Positions 28,304-36,913 of a DNA stretch of 39,704 bases are shown one piece after another. Positions within the stretch are counted from its first letter, which is position 1; each line of letters begins with the position of its first letter. The notes under the pieces were generated by a model. It was not told the origin of the DNA and did not search any database. It worked only from the letters and a program-made list of their open reading frames with translations. The position numbers and the translations under genes are program-made. This stretch comes from Shigella phage ESh12, in sequence record ON528724; one strand, given 5' to 3'.

Positions 28304-28742
28304 GACCTGCGTAGCGTGTGGTGAGATAAAGCCGCTTGAGTTCTACACAAAGAATGCTGCGTCACCTGATGGACACATCGGCACATGCAAGGCGTGTAAA
28401 GCCAAACAGCAGCGCGAAAGGCGCTTAAAGGCGAAAGCCGCCTCTGTGCCTACCGATAAGGCGCTTAAGGATGCAAAGCGGAGACGCAACAACCACCTGA
28501 AAGTAAACTATGGTATTGATGAACTGACCTACCGTAAAATGTATGAGGAGCAGAACGGAGTGTGCGCCATATGCAAGCACCCGGAGAGTATAGCCGGTAG
28601 GCAGCTCTGTGTTGACCACTCCCACATCACCGGGGACGTTCGGGGTCTTTTATGTTCAAACTGCAACAGGGGAATAGGGCTACTAAAGGATTCACCTGAA
28701 TTGTTACGCAATGCCTTCCACTATTTAACGGGCAAACTTTAA
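28290..28742 (+). CDS. Endonuclease VII-like (His-Me finger / HNH) nuclease
   Basis: CAICKHPE...LCVDHSHITGDVRGLLCSNCNRGIGLL matches the T4 endonuclease VII zinc-binding/catalytic signature from memory; start uncertain (TTG 28290 after GGTGGGAG, or GTG 28242). Confidence 0.7.
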   Translation: MQPIKTCVACGEIKPLEFYTKNAASPDGHIGTCKACKAKQQRERRLKAKAASVPTDKALKDAKRRRNNHLKVNYGIDELTYRKMYEEQNGVCAICKHPESIAGRQLCVDHSHITGDVRGLLCSNCNRGIGLLKDSPELLRNAFHYLTGKL

Positions 28743-28800
28743 GACCAATAAGGTCGGTATCTTCTACAGCACATTAACTACTACCTAAGGACACATTGAA

Positions 28801-29910
28801 ATGACTTTCACCGAAGCACAAGCCGCACTCGAAGCTATCCGCAACCTACCGATTGAGCGCATGAACGAGCGCCAGCCAATGCTGGTGGCTCTTGTGGCTG
28901 CTATCGTGAACTCTGAGACTCAGGAGGGGCAACTGACAGCGGCTAAAGGAAACCGGAGTCTTGAGGACATGGACTACTGGCAGACGCTGGCAGAGCGCAT
29001 GAGGGATGTTGGTTTCATTAAGTTAGGAAATGGTCACTTTAGCGCAGCATATGAGCACGCGTTGTTACCGGGCAAGGTCATCAAGGTAGGCTTTAAGAAA
29101 GAGGACTCAGGCGCAGCCTATGCAGCCTTCTGCCGTATGAACCAAGGCCGGGAAGGTATCCCTACGGTGTACGACATTCAGCGCCACGCTGGTTGTTACA
29201 CGGTGGTTCTTGACTATCTGAACCCGCTTAACGACTGGTGCTACGGTGAGAGTGACAAGGTGCGTCACCACTTCAAAGCCGCACGGGAAATCATTGAGGA
29301 GGATTGCTTCGATACCGCCGAAGAGTACCCAATAAGTGACGGGTTCATTGAGACCTGCAAGGATATCCGCAAGTTCTTCTTAGGCATCGCATCGTTCGAT
29401 TGTCACAGCGGTAACATGATGAAAGACCAGATGGGACGCCTGATTATCACAGACCCGGTATCATTCAGCGCAGACGACAAGTTAAAGCCGGGTGAGTTCC
29501 ACTGTGACCCGGATGAACTCATCGCTGAGATTGAGGCGCTGAGAGCGCAGGAAGCGATTGACCGCTGTAAGGCACGCAAGGCACGCCGTGACCCTAAAGG
29601 AGACTTTCAGGTAGCACGAAAGGCCCGTGCCAAATGGCGCAGAAAGGCCTCTAAGCGTGCTAAACGTGACGCTAAGGTACTCGCTAAGATGCGCATGGAT
29701 GCCAACGAGCAACGCAGGGCCGAGCCTAGGGCACGTATGTTGTGGGGCGATAAGCACTGGCGCAACGCTTGGGTGCAGCACATGAATGTTGACTTCGCAC
29801 GGCTCGAACTGTTAGCAGCCGCACAGATGGCACAGATAGACCACAAGGCTATCGTATGGGGCAAGCCGTTACACATAGACGCATACCTTGACAAGAGACT
29901 GCAAGGCTGA
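28801..29910 (+). CDS. 0.7: gp0.7 serine/threonine protein kinase (host shut-off)
   Basis: 369 aa; GNGHFSAAYEH, VIKVGFKKEDSGAAY, HSGNMM, ITDPVSFS and basic C-terminal domain match T7 gp0.7. Confidence 0.9.
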   Translation: MTFTEAQAALEAIRNLPIERMNERQPMLVALVAAIVNSETQEGQLTAAKGNRSLEDMDYWQTLAERMRDVGFIKLGNGHFSAAYEHALLPGKVIKVGFKKEDSGAAYAAFCRMNQGREGIPTVYDIQRHAGCYTVVLDYLNPLNDWCYGESDKVRHHFKAAREIIEEDCFDTAEEYPISDGFIETCKDIRKFFLGIASFDCHSGNMMKDQMGRLIITDPVSFSADDKLKPGEFHCDPDELIAEIEALRAQEAIDRCKARKARRDPKGDFQVARKARAKWRRKASKRAKRDAKVLAKMRMDANEQRRAEPRARMLWGDKHWRNAWVQHMNVDFARLELLAAAQMAQIDHKAIVWGKPLHIDAYLDKRLQG

Positions 29911-29911
29911 T

Positions 29912-29965
29912 AGAGTCTTTTCTTACAGGTCATCACTAGGTGGCCTGAATAGGAACGATTTATTC
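29912..29965 (+). promoter_or_regulatory. RNase III-type hairpin (R1 position)
   Basis: CTTACAGGTCATCACTAGGTGGCCTGAATAGG upstream of gene 1. Confidence 0.45.
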
Positions 29966-29980
29966 ACAATGAGGCAAACA

Positions 29981-32635
29981 ATGAACATCATCGAAAACAT
30001 CGAAAAGAATGACTTCTCCGAAATCGAACTGGCTGCTATCCCGTTCAACACACTGGCAGACCACTACGGTAGCGCATTGGCTCGTGAACAACTGGCTTTA
30101 GAACATGAGTCTTATGAGCTAGGCGAGCGCCGCTTCCTCAAGATGCTTGAGCGTCAAGCGAAAGCTGGTGAGATTGCAGACAACGCAGCCGCTAAGCCAT
30201 TACTCGCTACGCTTCTCCCTAAGTTAACCGCACGCATCGTTGAGTGGCTCGAAGAGTACGCATCGAAGAAAGGCCGCAAGCCTAGCGCATACGCACCGCT
30301 CCAGTTACTCAAGCCGGAGGCCTCCGCGTTTATCACCCTGAAAGTTATCCTTGCATCACTGACCAGCACGAACATGACAACCATTCAGGCCGCTGCTGGT
30401 ATGCTGGGGAAGGCCATTGAGGATGAGGCACGTTTCGGGCGTATCCGTGACCTCGAAGCGAAGCACTTCAAGAAGCACGTTGAGGAACAGCTCAACAAGC
30501 GCCACGGGCAAGTCTACAAGAAGGCCTTTATGCAGGTGGTCGAGGCCGATATGATTGGTCGAGGCCTGCTTGGTGGCGAGGCGTGGTCTAGCTGGGATAA
30601 AGAAACCACGATGCACGTAGGGATTCGCCTGATTGAAATGCTGATTGAATCCACGGGTCTGGTGGAATTACAGCGACACAACGCAGGTAACGCAGGCTCT
30701 GACCATGAGGCACTGCAACTGGCCCAAGAGTACGTCGATGTGTTAGCGAAGCGTGCAGGCGCTCTGGCGGGCATCTCTCCGATGTTCCAGCCGTGTGTCG
30801 TACCGCCTAAACCTTGGGTAGCAATCACCGGAGGCGGCTATTGGGCTAACGGTCGCAGACCTTTGGCACTCGTTCGCACTCACTCTAAGAAGGGACTGAT
30901 GCGCTATGAGGATGTTTACATGCCAGAAGTTTACAAGGCGGTCAACATCGCACAGAACACCGCATGGAAAATCAACAAGAAAGTTCTTGCGGTTGTCAAT
31001 GAAATTGTTAACTGGAAGAATTGCCCGGTAGCAGACATTCCATCACTGGAGCGCCAAGAGTTACCGCCTAAGCCGGACGACATTGACACCAACGAGGCAG
31101 CACTCAAGGAGTGGAAGAAAGCCGCCGCTGGTATCTATCGCTTGGACAAGGCACGAGTGTCTCGCCGTATCAGCTTAGAGTTCATGCTGGAGCAGGCCAA
31201 CAAGTTTGCAAACAAGAAAGCAATCTGGTTCCCTTACAACATGGACTGGCGCGGTCGTGTGTACGCTGTGCCGATGTTCAACCCGCAAGGCAACGACATG
31301 ACGAAAGGTCTGCTGACCCTCGCTAAAGGCAAGCCAATCGGTGAGGAAGGGTTCTACTGGCTGAAAATCCACGGTGCGAACTGTGCGGGTGTCGATAAGG
31401 TGCCTTTCCCTGAGCGCATCGCGTTCATTGAGAAGCACGTAGACGACATTCTGGCTTGCGCCAAAGACCCAATCAATAACACTTGGTGGGCTGAGCAGGA
31501 CTCACCGTTCTGTTTCCTCGCGTTTTGCTTCGAGTATGCAGGCGTTGCGCACCACGGTCTGAGCTACAATTGCTCTCTGCCGCTGGCGTTCGATGGGTCT
31601 TGCTCCGGTATCCAGCACTTCTCCGCGATGCTCCGCGATGAGGTAGGCGGTCGCGCGGTTAACCTACTGCCAAGCGAAACCGTGCAGGACATTTACGGCA
31701 TCGTTGCACAGAAAGTAAACGAGATTCTCAAACAGGATGCAATCAACGGCACACCTAACGAGATGATTACCGTGACCGATAAGGACACCGGGGAAATCTC
31801 TGAGAAGCTCAAGCTGGGAACCTCAACGCTGGCGCAACAGTGGCTGGCGTATGGTGTAACCCGTAGCGTAACTAAACGTTCGGTCATGACGCTGGCTTAC
31901 GGTTCCAAGGAGTTCGGCTTTCGTCAACAGGTACTGGACGACACCATTCAGCCTGCGATCGACAGCGGTAAGGGCTTGATGTTCACCCAACCTAACCAAG
32001 CGGCTGGCTATATGGCTAAGCTGATTTGGGACGCGGTGAGCGTGACCGTAGTCGCAGCGGTTGAGGCGATGAACTGGCTCAAGTCTGCCGCTAAGCTGCT
32101 GGCTGCTGAGGTCAAGGACAAGAAGACCAAGGAGATTCTGCGCCACCGTTGCGCGGTTCACTGGACTACGCCGGACGGCTTCCCGGTCTGGCAGGAATAC
32201 CGCAAGCCACTCCAGAAGCGTCTCGATATGATTTTCTTAGGGCAATTCCGTCTGCAACCGACGATTAATACCCTCAAGGATTCAGGCATTGACGCACACA
32301 AGCAGGAATCTGGCATCGCTCCTAACTTTGTTCACTCACAGGATGGTAGCCACCTGCGCATGACAGTCGTTTATGCTCACGAGAAGTATGGTATTGAGTC
32401 CTTTGCGCTCATCCATGACAGCTTTGGGACTATTCCGGCAGACGCTGGTAAGCTCTTTAAGGCTGTGCGTGAAACGATGGTTCTCACCTACGAGAACAAC
32501 GATGTGCTGGCAGACTTCTATGACCAGTTTGCAGACCAGCTACACGAGACCCAACTTGACAAGATGCCTCCTCTTCCGAAGAAAGGGAACCTGAACCTGC
32601 AAGACATTCTCAAGTCTGACTTTGCCTTTGCATAA
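29981..32635 (+). CDS. 1: Single-subunit DNA-dependent RNA polymerase gp1, T3 specificity
   Basis: 884 aa from MNIIENIEKNDFSEIELAAIPF; near-identical to T3 RNAP from memory; consistent with T3-type promoters throughout. Confidence 0.97.
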   Translation: MNIIENIEKNDFSEIELAAIPFNTLADHYGSALAREQLALEHESYELGERRFLKMLERQAKAGEIADNAAAKPLLATLLPKLTARIVEWLEEYASKKGRKPSAYAPLQLLKPEASAFITLKVILASLTSTNMTTIQAAAGMLGKAIEDEARFGRIRDLEAKHFKKHVEEQLNKRHGQVYKKAFMQVVEADMIGRGLLGGEAWSSWDKETTMHVGIRLIEMLIESTGLVELQRHNAGNAGSDHEALQLAQEYVDVLAKRAGALAGISPMFQPCVVPPKPWVAITGGGYWANGRRPLALVRTHSKKGLMRYEDVYMPEVYKAVNIAQNTAWKINKKVLAVVNEIVNWKNCPVADIPSLERQELPPKPDDIDTNEAALKEWKKAAAGIYRLDKARVSRRISLEFMLEQANKFANKKAIWFPYNMDWRGRVYAVPMFNPQGNDMTKGLLTLAKGKPIGEEGFYWLKIHGANCAGVDKVPFPERIAFIEKHVDDILACAKDPINNTWWAEQDSPFCFLAFCFEYAGVAHHGLSYNCSLPLAFDGSCSGIQHFSAMLRDEVGGRAVNLLPSETVQDIYGIVAQKVNEILKQDAINGTPNEMITVTDKDTGEISEKLKLGTSTLAQQWLAYGVTRSVTKRSVMTLAYGSKEFGFRQQVLDDTIQPAIDSGKGLMFTQPNQAAGYMAKLIWDAVSVTVVAAVEAMNWLKSAAKLLAAEVKDKKTKEILRHRCAVHWTTPDGFPVWQEYRKPLQKRLDMIFLGQFRLQPTINTLKDSGIDAHKQESGIAPNFVHSQDGSHLRMTVVYAHEKYGIESFALIHDSFGTIPADAGKLFKAVRETMVLTYENNDVLADFYDQFADQLHETQLDKMPPLPKKGNLNLQDILKSDFAFA

Positions 32636-32646
32636 CAAGCACTTAG

Positions 32647-32669
32647 CATTAACCCTCACTAACGGGAGA
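32647..32669 (+). promoter_or_regulatory. T3-type phage RNAP promoter (phi1.05 position)
   Basis: CATTAACCCTCACTAACGGGAGA. Confidence 0.8.
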
Positions 32670-32721
32670 CTACTTAAGGTCTCCCACTTTAAGACACTTT
32701 AGGTACTAAGAGATTAAATTT

Positions 32722-32994
32722 ATGATTAACATTAAGACTTTCTTTAAGAACATCTTTAAGTTAAACCGCTTGACTTCCGTTAAGTTCTACGCTTGGATGC
32801 CAGGTAGTGATGACCTCCGCAAGACTGAATTTAAGTTAGGCTTAGGGCCGTGCGGTAAGGTGGTCACGAAGTTGGAATGTTACTCAACGGCCTCCGGGAT
32901 GGTCATCTTCCAGACCACTGAGGACAACGAAACGAAATCCTTCTACTACCCGAAAGGTTCAACGTGTGGTCGTATCGAACGGACATACAGTTAA
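32722..32994 (+). CDS. 1.05: gp1.05-like small protein
   Basis: 90-aa ORF, AT-rich, weak RBS, lies in the presumed primary origin region. Confidence 0.45.
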   Translation: MINIKTFFKNIFKLNRLTSVKFYAWMPGSDDLRKTEFKLGLGPCGKVVTKLECYSTASGMVIFQTTEDNETKSFYYPKGSTCGRIERTYS

Positions 32995-33011
32995 CCCTCA
33001 CTAACGGGAGA
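32989..33011 (+). promoter_or_regulatory. T3-type phage RNAP promoter (phi1.1 position)
   Basis: AGTTAACCCTCACTAACGGGAGA overlapping stop of 1.05. Confidence 0.8.
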
Positions 33012-33060
33012 GTTAAACTTAAGGTCATCAACAACGGTGGCCTTTGTGATTAACTTTCAA
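33012..33060 (+). promoter_or_regulatory. RNase III-type hairpin (R1.1 position)
   Basis: TAAACTTAAGGTCATCAACAACGGTGGCCTTTGTGATTAAC. Confidence 0.5.
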
Positions 33061-33086
33061 TACACATCAACATGAGGTAAGATACT

Positions 33087-33227
33087 ATGCGTACCAACTT
33101 TGAGAAATTTACCAAGCGCGATTCAGTGGTCAACGAGCATGGCGAACAGTGGCAAGAGCGCCGTGACCGCATGAAGAAACGCCACAAGCAACAGCGCGGT
33201 AACTCACAGAAACGGGAGTGGAACTAA
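33087..33227 (+). CDS. 1.1: gp1.1 small basic protein
   Basis: 46 aa MRTNFEKFTKR... resembles T7 gp1.1; below ORF-track cutoff. Confidence 0.6.
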   Translation: MRTNFEKFTKRDSVVNEHGEQWQERRDRMKKRHKQQRGNSQKREWN

Positions 33228-33232
33228 TGATG

Positions 33233-33505
33233 ATGGGACGTATCTATAGCGGCAACCTGAACGATTACAAAGATGCGGTAGCGCGTCTACAGGAAGACCA
33301 TGACGTGACCGTGAAGATGGAGTCATTCAGCTATGAAAACCCAGCGAAGATGTGCAGGTCATCAGGTGAGGTTCTCCGCGTGTTCACACGCTCAGGGCAT
33401 CCGGTGGCATCCAGAACCTTCGAGCATAGTGACAGCGATGTGCAAATCAACGCGCAGACTGCATGGCTCCGCAAGGTTCACAGCGATTTGAAACACTGGA
33501 AGTAA
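33233..33505 (+). CDS. 1.2: gp1.2 (host dGTPase inhibitor family)
   Basis: 90 aa from MGRIYSGNL, ends HWK; similar to T7 gp1.2; ATG choice among three adjacent Met is uncertain. Confidence 0.75.
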   Translation: MGRIYSGNLNDYKDAVARLQEDHDVTVKMESFSYENPAKMCRSSGEVLRVFTRSGHPVASRTFEHSDSDVQINAQTAWLRKVHSDLKHWK

Positions 33506-33525
33506 TAACCCTCACTAACAGGAGA
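33503..33525 (+). promoter_or_regulatory. T3-type phage RNAP promoter (phi1.3 position)
   Basis: TAATAACCCTCACTAACAGGAGA. Confidence 0.75.
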
Positions 33526-33531
33526 AACGAA

Positions 33532-33948
33532 ATGAGAAACATCGAACGGTTCAACGCAAAGACTGAACCTTGCGGTGACTGTCTACGTTGGACTGGTCGA
33601 ATCCAGCCTAACGGTTACGGACAGTTTCGCCTCGAAGGTAAAACACAATACGCACATCGAGCAGCTTACAAGCTGTTTATCGGTGAATTGGACAATAAAG
33701 ATACAGTCCTCCACTCGTGCGATAACAGGTGGTGTGTGAACCCTGAGCATTTGACCAAGGGAACGCAGGCCGATAACCTGAAAGACATGGCGATAAAGGG
33801 TAGGCACCACGCCATTAAGATTCCGAACGATGCCATTGAGGGCATCCGTAAAGACCCTCGCTCTGCCACTGTGATAGCGGCTGAGTGGGGCGTCCATCCA
33901 ACAACCATCCATAAGATTAAGCGAAACATCAACAGGAGATTCGTATGA
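33532..33948 (+). CDS. HNH endonuclease (free-standing, homing-endonuclease-like)
   Basis: 138 aa; HSCDNRWCVNPEHLTKGTQADN HNH core, Cys-containing N-terminal region, C-terminal helix-turn-helix-like tail; stop overlaps ligase ATG (ATGA). Confidence 0.8.
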   Translation: MRNIERFNAKTEPCGDCLRWTGRIQPNGYGQFRLEGKTQYAHRAAYKLFIGELDNKDTVLHSCDNRWCVNPEHLTKGTQADNLKDMAIKGRHHAIKIPNDAIEGIRKDPRSATVIAAEWGVHPTTIHKIKRNINRRFV

Positions 33949-34961
33949 ACATTTTCAAGACCGCGCCATATAAAGCCGTATCCTTTGTAGAGTCTGCCGT
34001 GAAGAAAGCACTTGACAATGCTGGTTATTTGATTTGCGATTGCAAATATGATGGTGTTCGTGGTAACATCGTGGTTGACAACGTGGCTGAGGCTGCATGG
34101 CTGTCCCGTGTAGGTAAGCTGATTCCGGCGCTGGAGCACCTGAACGGCTTCGATAAGCGCTGGCAGCAACTACTGAACGATGACCGCTGCATCTTCCCGG
34201 ACGGCTTCATGCTGGATGGTGAACTGATGGTCAAAGGCGTAGACTTCAACACAGGGTCTGGCCTGCTGCGTACCAAGTGGCTCAAGAAGAACAACTTCAT
34301 GTTTGACCGTGGTGGTGTTGAGCCGCTGAAAGGTTCCAAAGTAGCCTTTGAGTTAGACCCCAAGCTACTCAGCGTGCGCCTGTATGCTGTCATGCCGATT
34401 CACATTGCGGAGTCTGGCGAGGACTACGATGTACAGAACCTGCTGATGCCGTATCATGTGGAAGCCATGCGCTCTCTTCTGGTTGAATACTTCCCGGAAA
34501 TCGAGTGGCTTATCGCTGAGACCTACGAGGTCTACGATATGGATTCACTGACTGAACTGTACGAAGAGAAGCGTGCCGAAGGTCACGAGGGTCTCATTGT
34601 GAAAGACCCACAAGGCATCTACAAGCGAGGCAAGAAGTCTGGCTGGTGGAAGCTCAAGCCTGAGTGTGAAGCTGACGGTATCATTCAGGGTGTCAATTGG
34701 GGAACCGAAGGGTTAGCCAACGAGGGTAAAGTGATAGGCTTTAGTGTGCTTCTTGAGACTGGTCGTTTAGTAGACGCCAACAACATCTCTCGCGCACTGA
34801 TGGACGAGTTCACAGCCAACGTTAAAGCCCACGGTGAAGACTTCTACAACGGGTGGGCCTGTCAGGTCAACTATATGGAAGAGACCCCGGACGGCTCCCT
34901 GCGTCACCCTAGCTTCGAGAAGTTCCGAGGCACTGAGGACAACCCTCAAGAGAAAATGTAA
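33945..34961 (+). CDS. 1.3: ATP-dependent DNA ligase gp1.3
   Basis: 338 aa; active-site KYDGVRG, strong similarity to T7 ligase. Confidence 0.95.
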   Translation: MNIFKTAPYKAVSFVESAVKKALDNAGYLICDCKYDGVRGNIVVDNVAEAAWLSRVGKLIPALEHLNGFDKRWQQLLNDDRCIFPDGFMLDGELMVKGVDFNTGSGLLRTKWLKKNNFMFDRGGVEPLKGSKVAFELDPKLLSVRLYAVMPIHIAESGEDYDVQNLLMPYHVEAMRSLLVEYFPEIEWLIAETYEVYDMDSLTELYEEKRAEGHEGLIVKDPQGIYKRGKKSGWWKLKPECEADGIIQGVNWGTEGLANEGKVIGFSVLLETGRLVDANNISRALMDEFTANVKAHGEDFYNGWACQVNYMEETPDGSLRHPSFEKFRGTEDNPQEKM

Positions 34962-34969
34962 CCAACTCA

Positions 34970-35003
34970 CTGGCTCACCTTCACGGGTGGGCCTTTCTTC
35001 GTT
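34970..35003 (+). terminator. TE-type early (host RNAP) rho-independent terminator
   Basis: CTGGCTCACCTTCACGGGTGGGCCTTTCTTCGTT; near-identical to T7 TE from memory. Confidence 0.8.
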
Positions 35004-35008
35004 CAGCG

Positions 35009-35031
35009 GTATTAACCCTCACTAACAGGAG
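35009..35031 (+). promoter_or_regulatory. T3-type phage RNAP promoter (phi1.5 position)
   Basis: GTATTAACCCTCACTAACAGGAGA. Confidence 0.75.
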
Positions 35032-35040
35032 ACACACACC

Positions 35041-35118
35041 ATGTGGCTTATCCTATTCGCTATCGTCGCAACGCTGGGATTAATGGCTGCCGACGACAAC
35101 ATTTGGCCTGATTGTTAA
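35041..35118 (+). CDS. Tiny hydrophobic ORF (25 aa) downstream of phi1.5
   Basis: MWLILFAIVATLGLMAADDNIWPDC; ATG after AGGAGA; coding status unproven. Confidence 0.25.
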   Translation: MWLILFAIVATLGLMAADDNIWPDC

Positions 35119-35130
35119 GGAGACAACATC

Positions 35131-35388
35131 ATGCGTTTACACTTCAACACATCAAACGGTATCTTTTCGGTTCGCCGTGAAGACCGCTCTACAGCAGTGG
35201 CCTCTGAGCGCAACGCCAAGCTGCCGCTGATTGGTTCGGTCGTCCCATTATCGCCGCGTGTTCACCTACTGATCACTCGTGGAGAGTTCATTAAGGCGAT
35301 GAACAAAGAGCGCCCGCATCTGGAAGCCGTGGTCACTTACTGGCCTCGCATCCGTCTGTTCGTTAAGTGGATTAAGGAGGTGCTGTAA
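35131..35388 (+). CDS. 1.6: gp1.6-like protein
   Basis: 85 aa, RBS TAAGGAGA, syntenic. Confidence 0.6.
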   Translation: MRLHFNTSNGIFSVRREDRSTAVASERNAKLPLIGSVVPLSPRVHLLITRGEFIKAMNKERPHLEAVVTYWPRIRLFVKWIKEVL

Positions 35389-35879
35389 TGTTACAACATC
35401 ATTGGAACAAACCAGACTTAGAGGCCCGCTTCCCGGTTAACTCTGTTGTGCGATACTCCGGCGGTGGCCTCAAGCGCATCTTAGGGATGAGCGGAGTGGT
35501 CACTGGTCACTCGCACACAGGTCGCGTTAAGGTTCGCTTCGGTACTCAGCACGCTGAGGTTCTTCCTGACAACCTGATTCCGCTGCCTAAAGCTGACGTT
35601 AAGACTCCGAACGTGGAAGCACCGAAGACAGAAGTCAAGTCTGACGTGACCCATCCGAACCACTATATGCTGTTCGACAACGTGGAAGCCATTGAGGTTA
35701 TCGCCCGGTCAATGACCGTCGAGCAATTCAAAGGCTACGTGCTTGGGAACATCCTGAAATACCGTCTGCGTGCTGGTAAGAAATCCGAACTGGCAACGAT
35801 GGAGAAAGACCTTAAGAAAGCGGCTTTCTATCAGGAACTGTTTGACAAACATAAGGGGCTGTGTTATGACGCTTCGTGA
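35388..35879 (+). CDS. 1.7: gp1.7 nucleotide kinase-like protein
   Basis: 163 aa; C-terminal [29 protein letters not shown]...[10 protein letters not shown] matches T7 gp1.7. Confidence 0.8.
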   Translation: MLQHHWNKPDLEARFPVNSVVRYSGGGLKRILGMSGVVTGHSHTGRVKVRFGTQHAEVLPDNLIPLPKADVKTPNVEAPKTEVKSDVTHPNHYMLFDNVEAIEVIARSMTVEQFKGYVLGNILKYRLRAGKKSELATMEKDLKKAAFYQELFDKHKGLCYDAS

Positions 35880-36012
35880 ATGCTGCGATTGGTGTGCCGC
35901 TAAGTGGAACCAAGCTATTGAGGCTGGTGACGAGGCCGCAGCCAACGCCTATCAACAATTGTACGCGCTGTGGGAGCGGCGCTTTAAGGAGGCTCAAAGT
36001 GGAGCAACGTGA
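35866..36012 (+). CDS. 1.8: gp1.8-like small protein
   Basis: 48 aa from ATG 35866 after AAGGGG, overlaps end of 1.7. Confidence 0.45.
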   Translation: MTLRECCDWCAAKWNQAIEAGDEAAANAYQQLYALWERRFKEAQSGAT

Positions 36013-36175
36013 ACAGAAATACCTTCTGACGATAGAAGGCAACACCGAGTCCTTTGAGGTTCCGGTATTCGCCCGGTCTCTCGAAGAGGCAACGCTACAG
36101 GCTGAACATTATGAGGACGCTGGGTTCGTAGTGACTCGCATCCGTCCAGAAGTTAAGCCTAATTACCCTCACTAA
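35999..36175 (+). CDS. 2: gp2 host RNA polymerase inhibitor (probable GTG start)
   Basis: [33 protein letters not shown] resembles T7 gp2; GTG 7 nt after AAGGAGG. Confidence 0.6.
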   Translation: MEQREQKYLLTIEGNTESFEVPVFARSLEEATLQAEHYEDAGFVVTRIRPEVKPNYPH

Positions 36176-36182
36176 AGGGAAC
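36160..36182 (+). promoter_or_regulatory. T3-type phage RNAP promoter (phi2.5 position)
   Basis: TAATTACCCTCACTAAAGGGAAC, overlaps end of gene 2. Confidence 0.75.
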
Positions 36183-36214
36183 AACCCAATCATTAACCAC
36201 AAAGGAGAAACATT

Positions 36215-36913
36215 ATGGCTGGTTTCAAGAAGAAAATTTACACCTCTGGTCTTGGCACTGCTGAGCCTTATGCTTATCTGAGTAAGCCGGATTATGGCAA
36301 CGAAGAGCGTGGCTTCGGCAACCCTCGTGGTGTCTATAAGGTAGACCTGACTCTTTCCAATAAAGACCCGCGCTGTCAGGCAATGGTCGATGAAATCGTG
36401 AAGTGTCACGAAGAGGCTTATGCTGCTGCCGTGGAAGAGTTCGAAGCTAACCCGCCGCAGGTACAGCGTGGTAAGAAACCACTGAAACCTTACGAGGGCG
36501 ACATGCCGTTCTTCGATAATGGTGACGGTACGACTACCTTCAAGTTCAAATGCTATGCGTCTTTCCAAGATAAGAAGACCAAAGAGACCAAGCACATCAA
36601 TCTGGTCGTGGTCGATAGCAAGGGTAAGAAGATTCAGGAAGTGCCGATTATCGGTGGCGGCTCCAAGCTGAAAGTGAAATACTCTCTGGTGCCTTACAAG
36701 TGGAACACCGCTGTGGGCGCAAGCGTCAAGCTGCAACTGGAGTCCGTGATGTTGGTCGAACTGGCTACCTTCGGTGGTGGCGGTGAAGATGAGTGGGCCG
36801 ATGAAGTCGAAGATGGTGGTTACACTGCGAGTGAATCCCGTCAGTCCCGCGATGAGCAGGAGTGGCAGGAAGACGAGCACGAAGAAACCCCGGATGAGGA
36901 CGAGGATTTTTAA
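36215..36913 (+). CDS. 2.5: Single-stranded DNA-binding protein gp2.5
   Basis: 232 aa, same length as T7 gp2.5 (from memory); acidic C-terminal tail ...DEDEDF. Confidence 0.95.
   Translation: MAGFKKKIYTSGLGTAEPYAYLSKPDYGNEERGFGNPRGVYKVDLTLSNKDPRCQAMVDEIVKCHEEAYAAAVEEFEANPPQVQRGKKPLKPYEGDMPFFDNGDGTTTFKFKCYASFQDKKTKETKHINLVVVDSKGKKIQEVPIIGGGSKLKVKYSLVPYKWNTAVGASVKLQLESVMLVELATFGGGGEDEWADEVEDGGYTASESRQSRDEQEWQEDEHEETPDEDEDF

Noticed and set aside
36095-36880. 261-codon ORF on the minus strand antisense to gp2.5, and similar long minus-strand ORFs at 4030..4761, 5277..5792, 7968..8495 and 33666..34169
   Set aside because: All recognisable genes, promoters and terminators are on the + strand as in every T7-family phage. 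These antisense frames have no RBS or promoter context and lie opposite highly conserved genes. Treated as chance ORFs.
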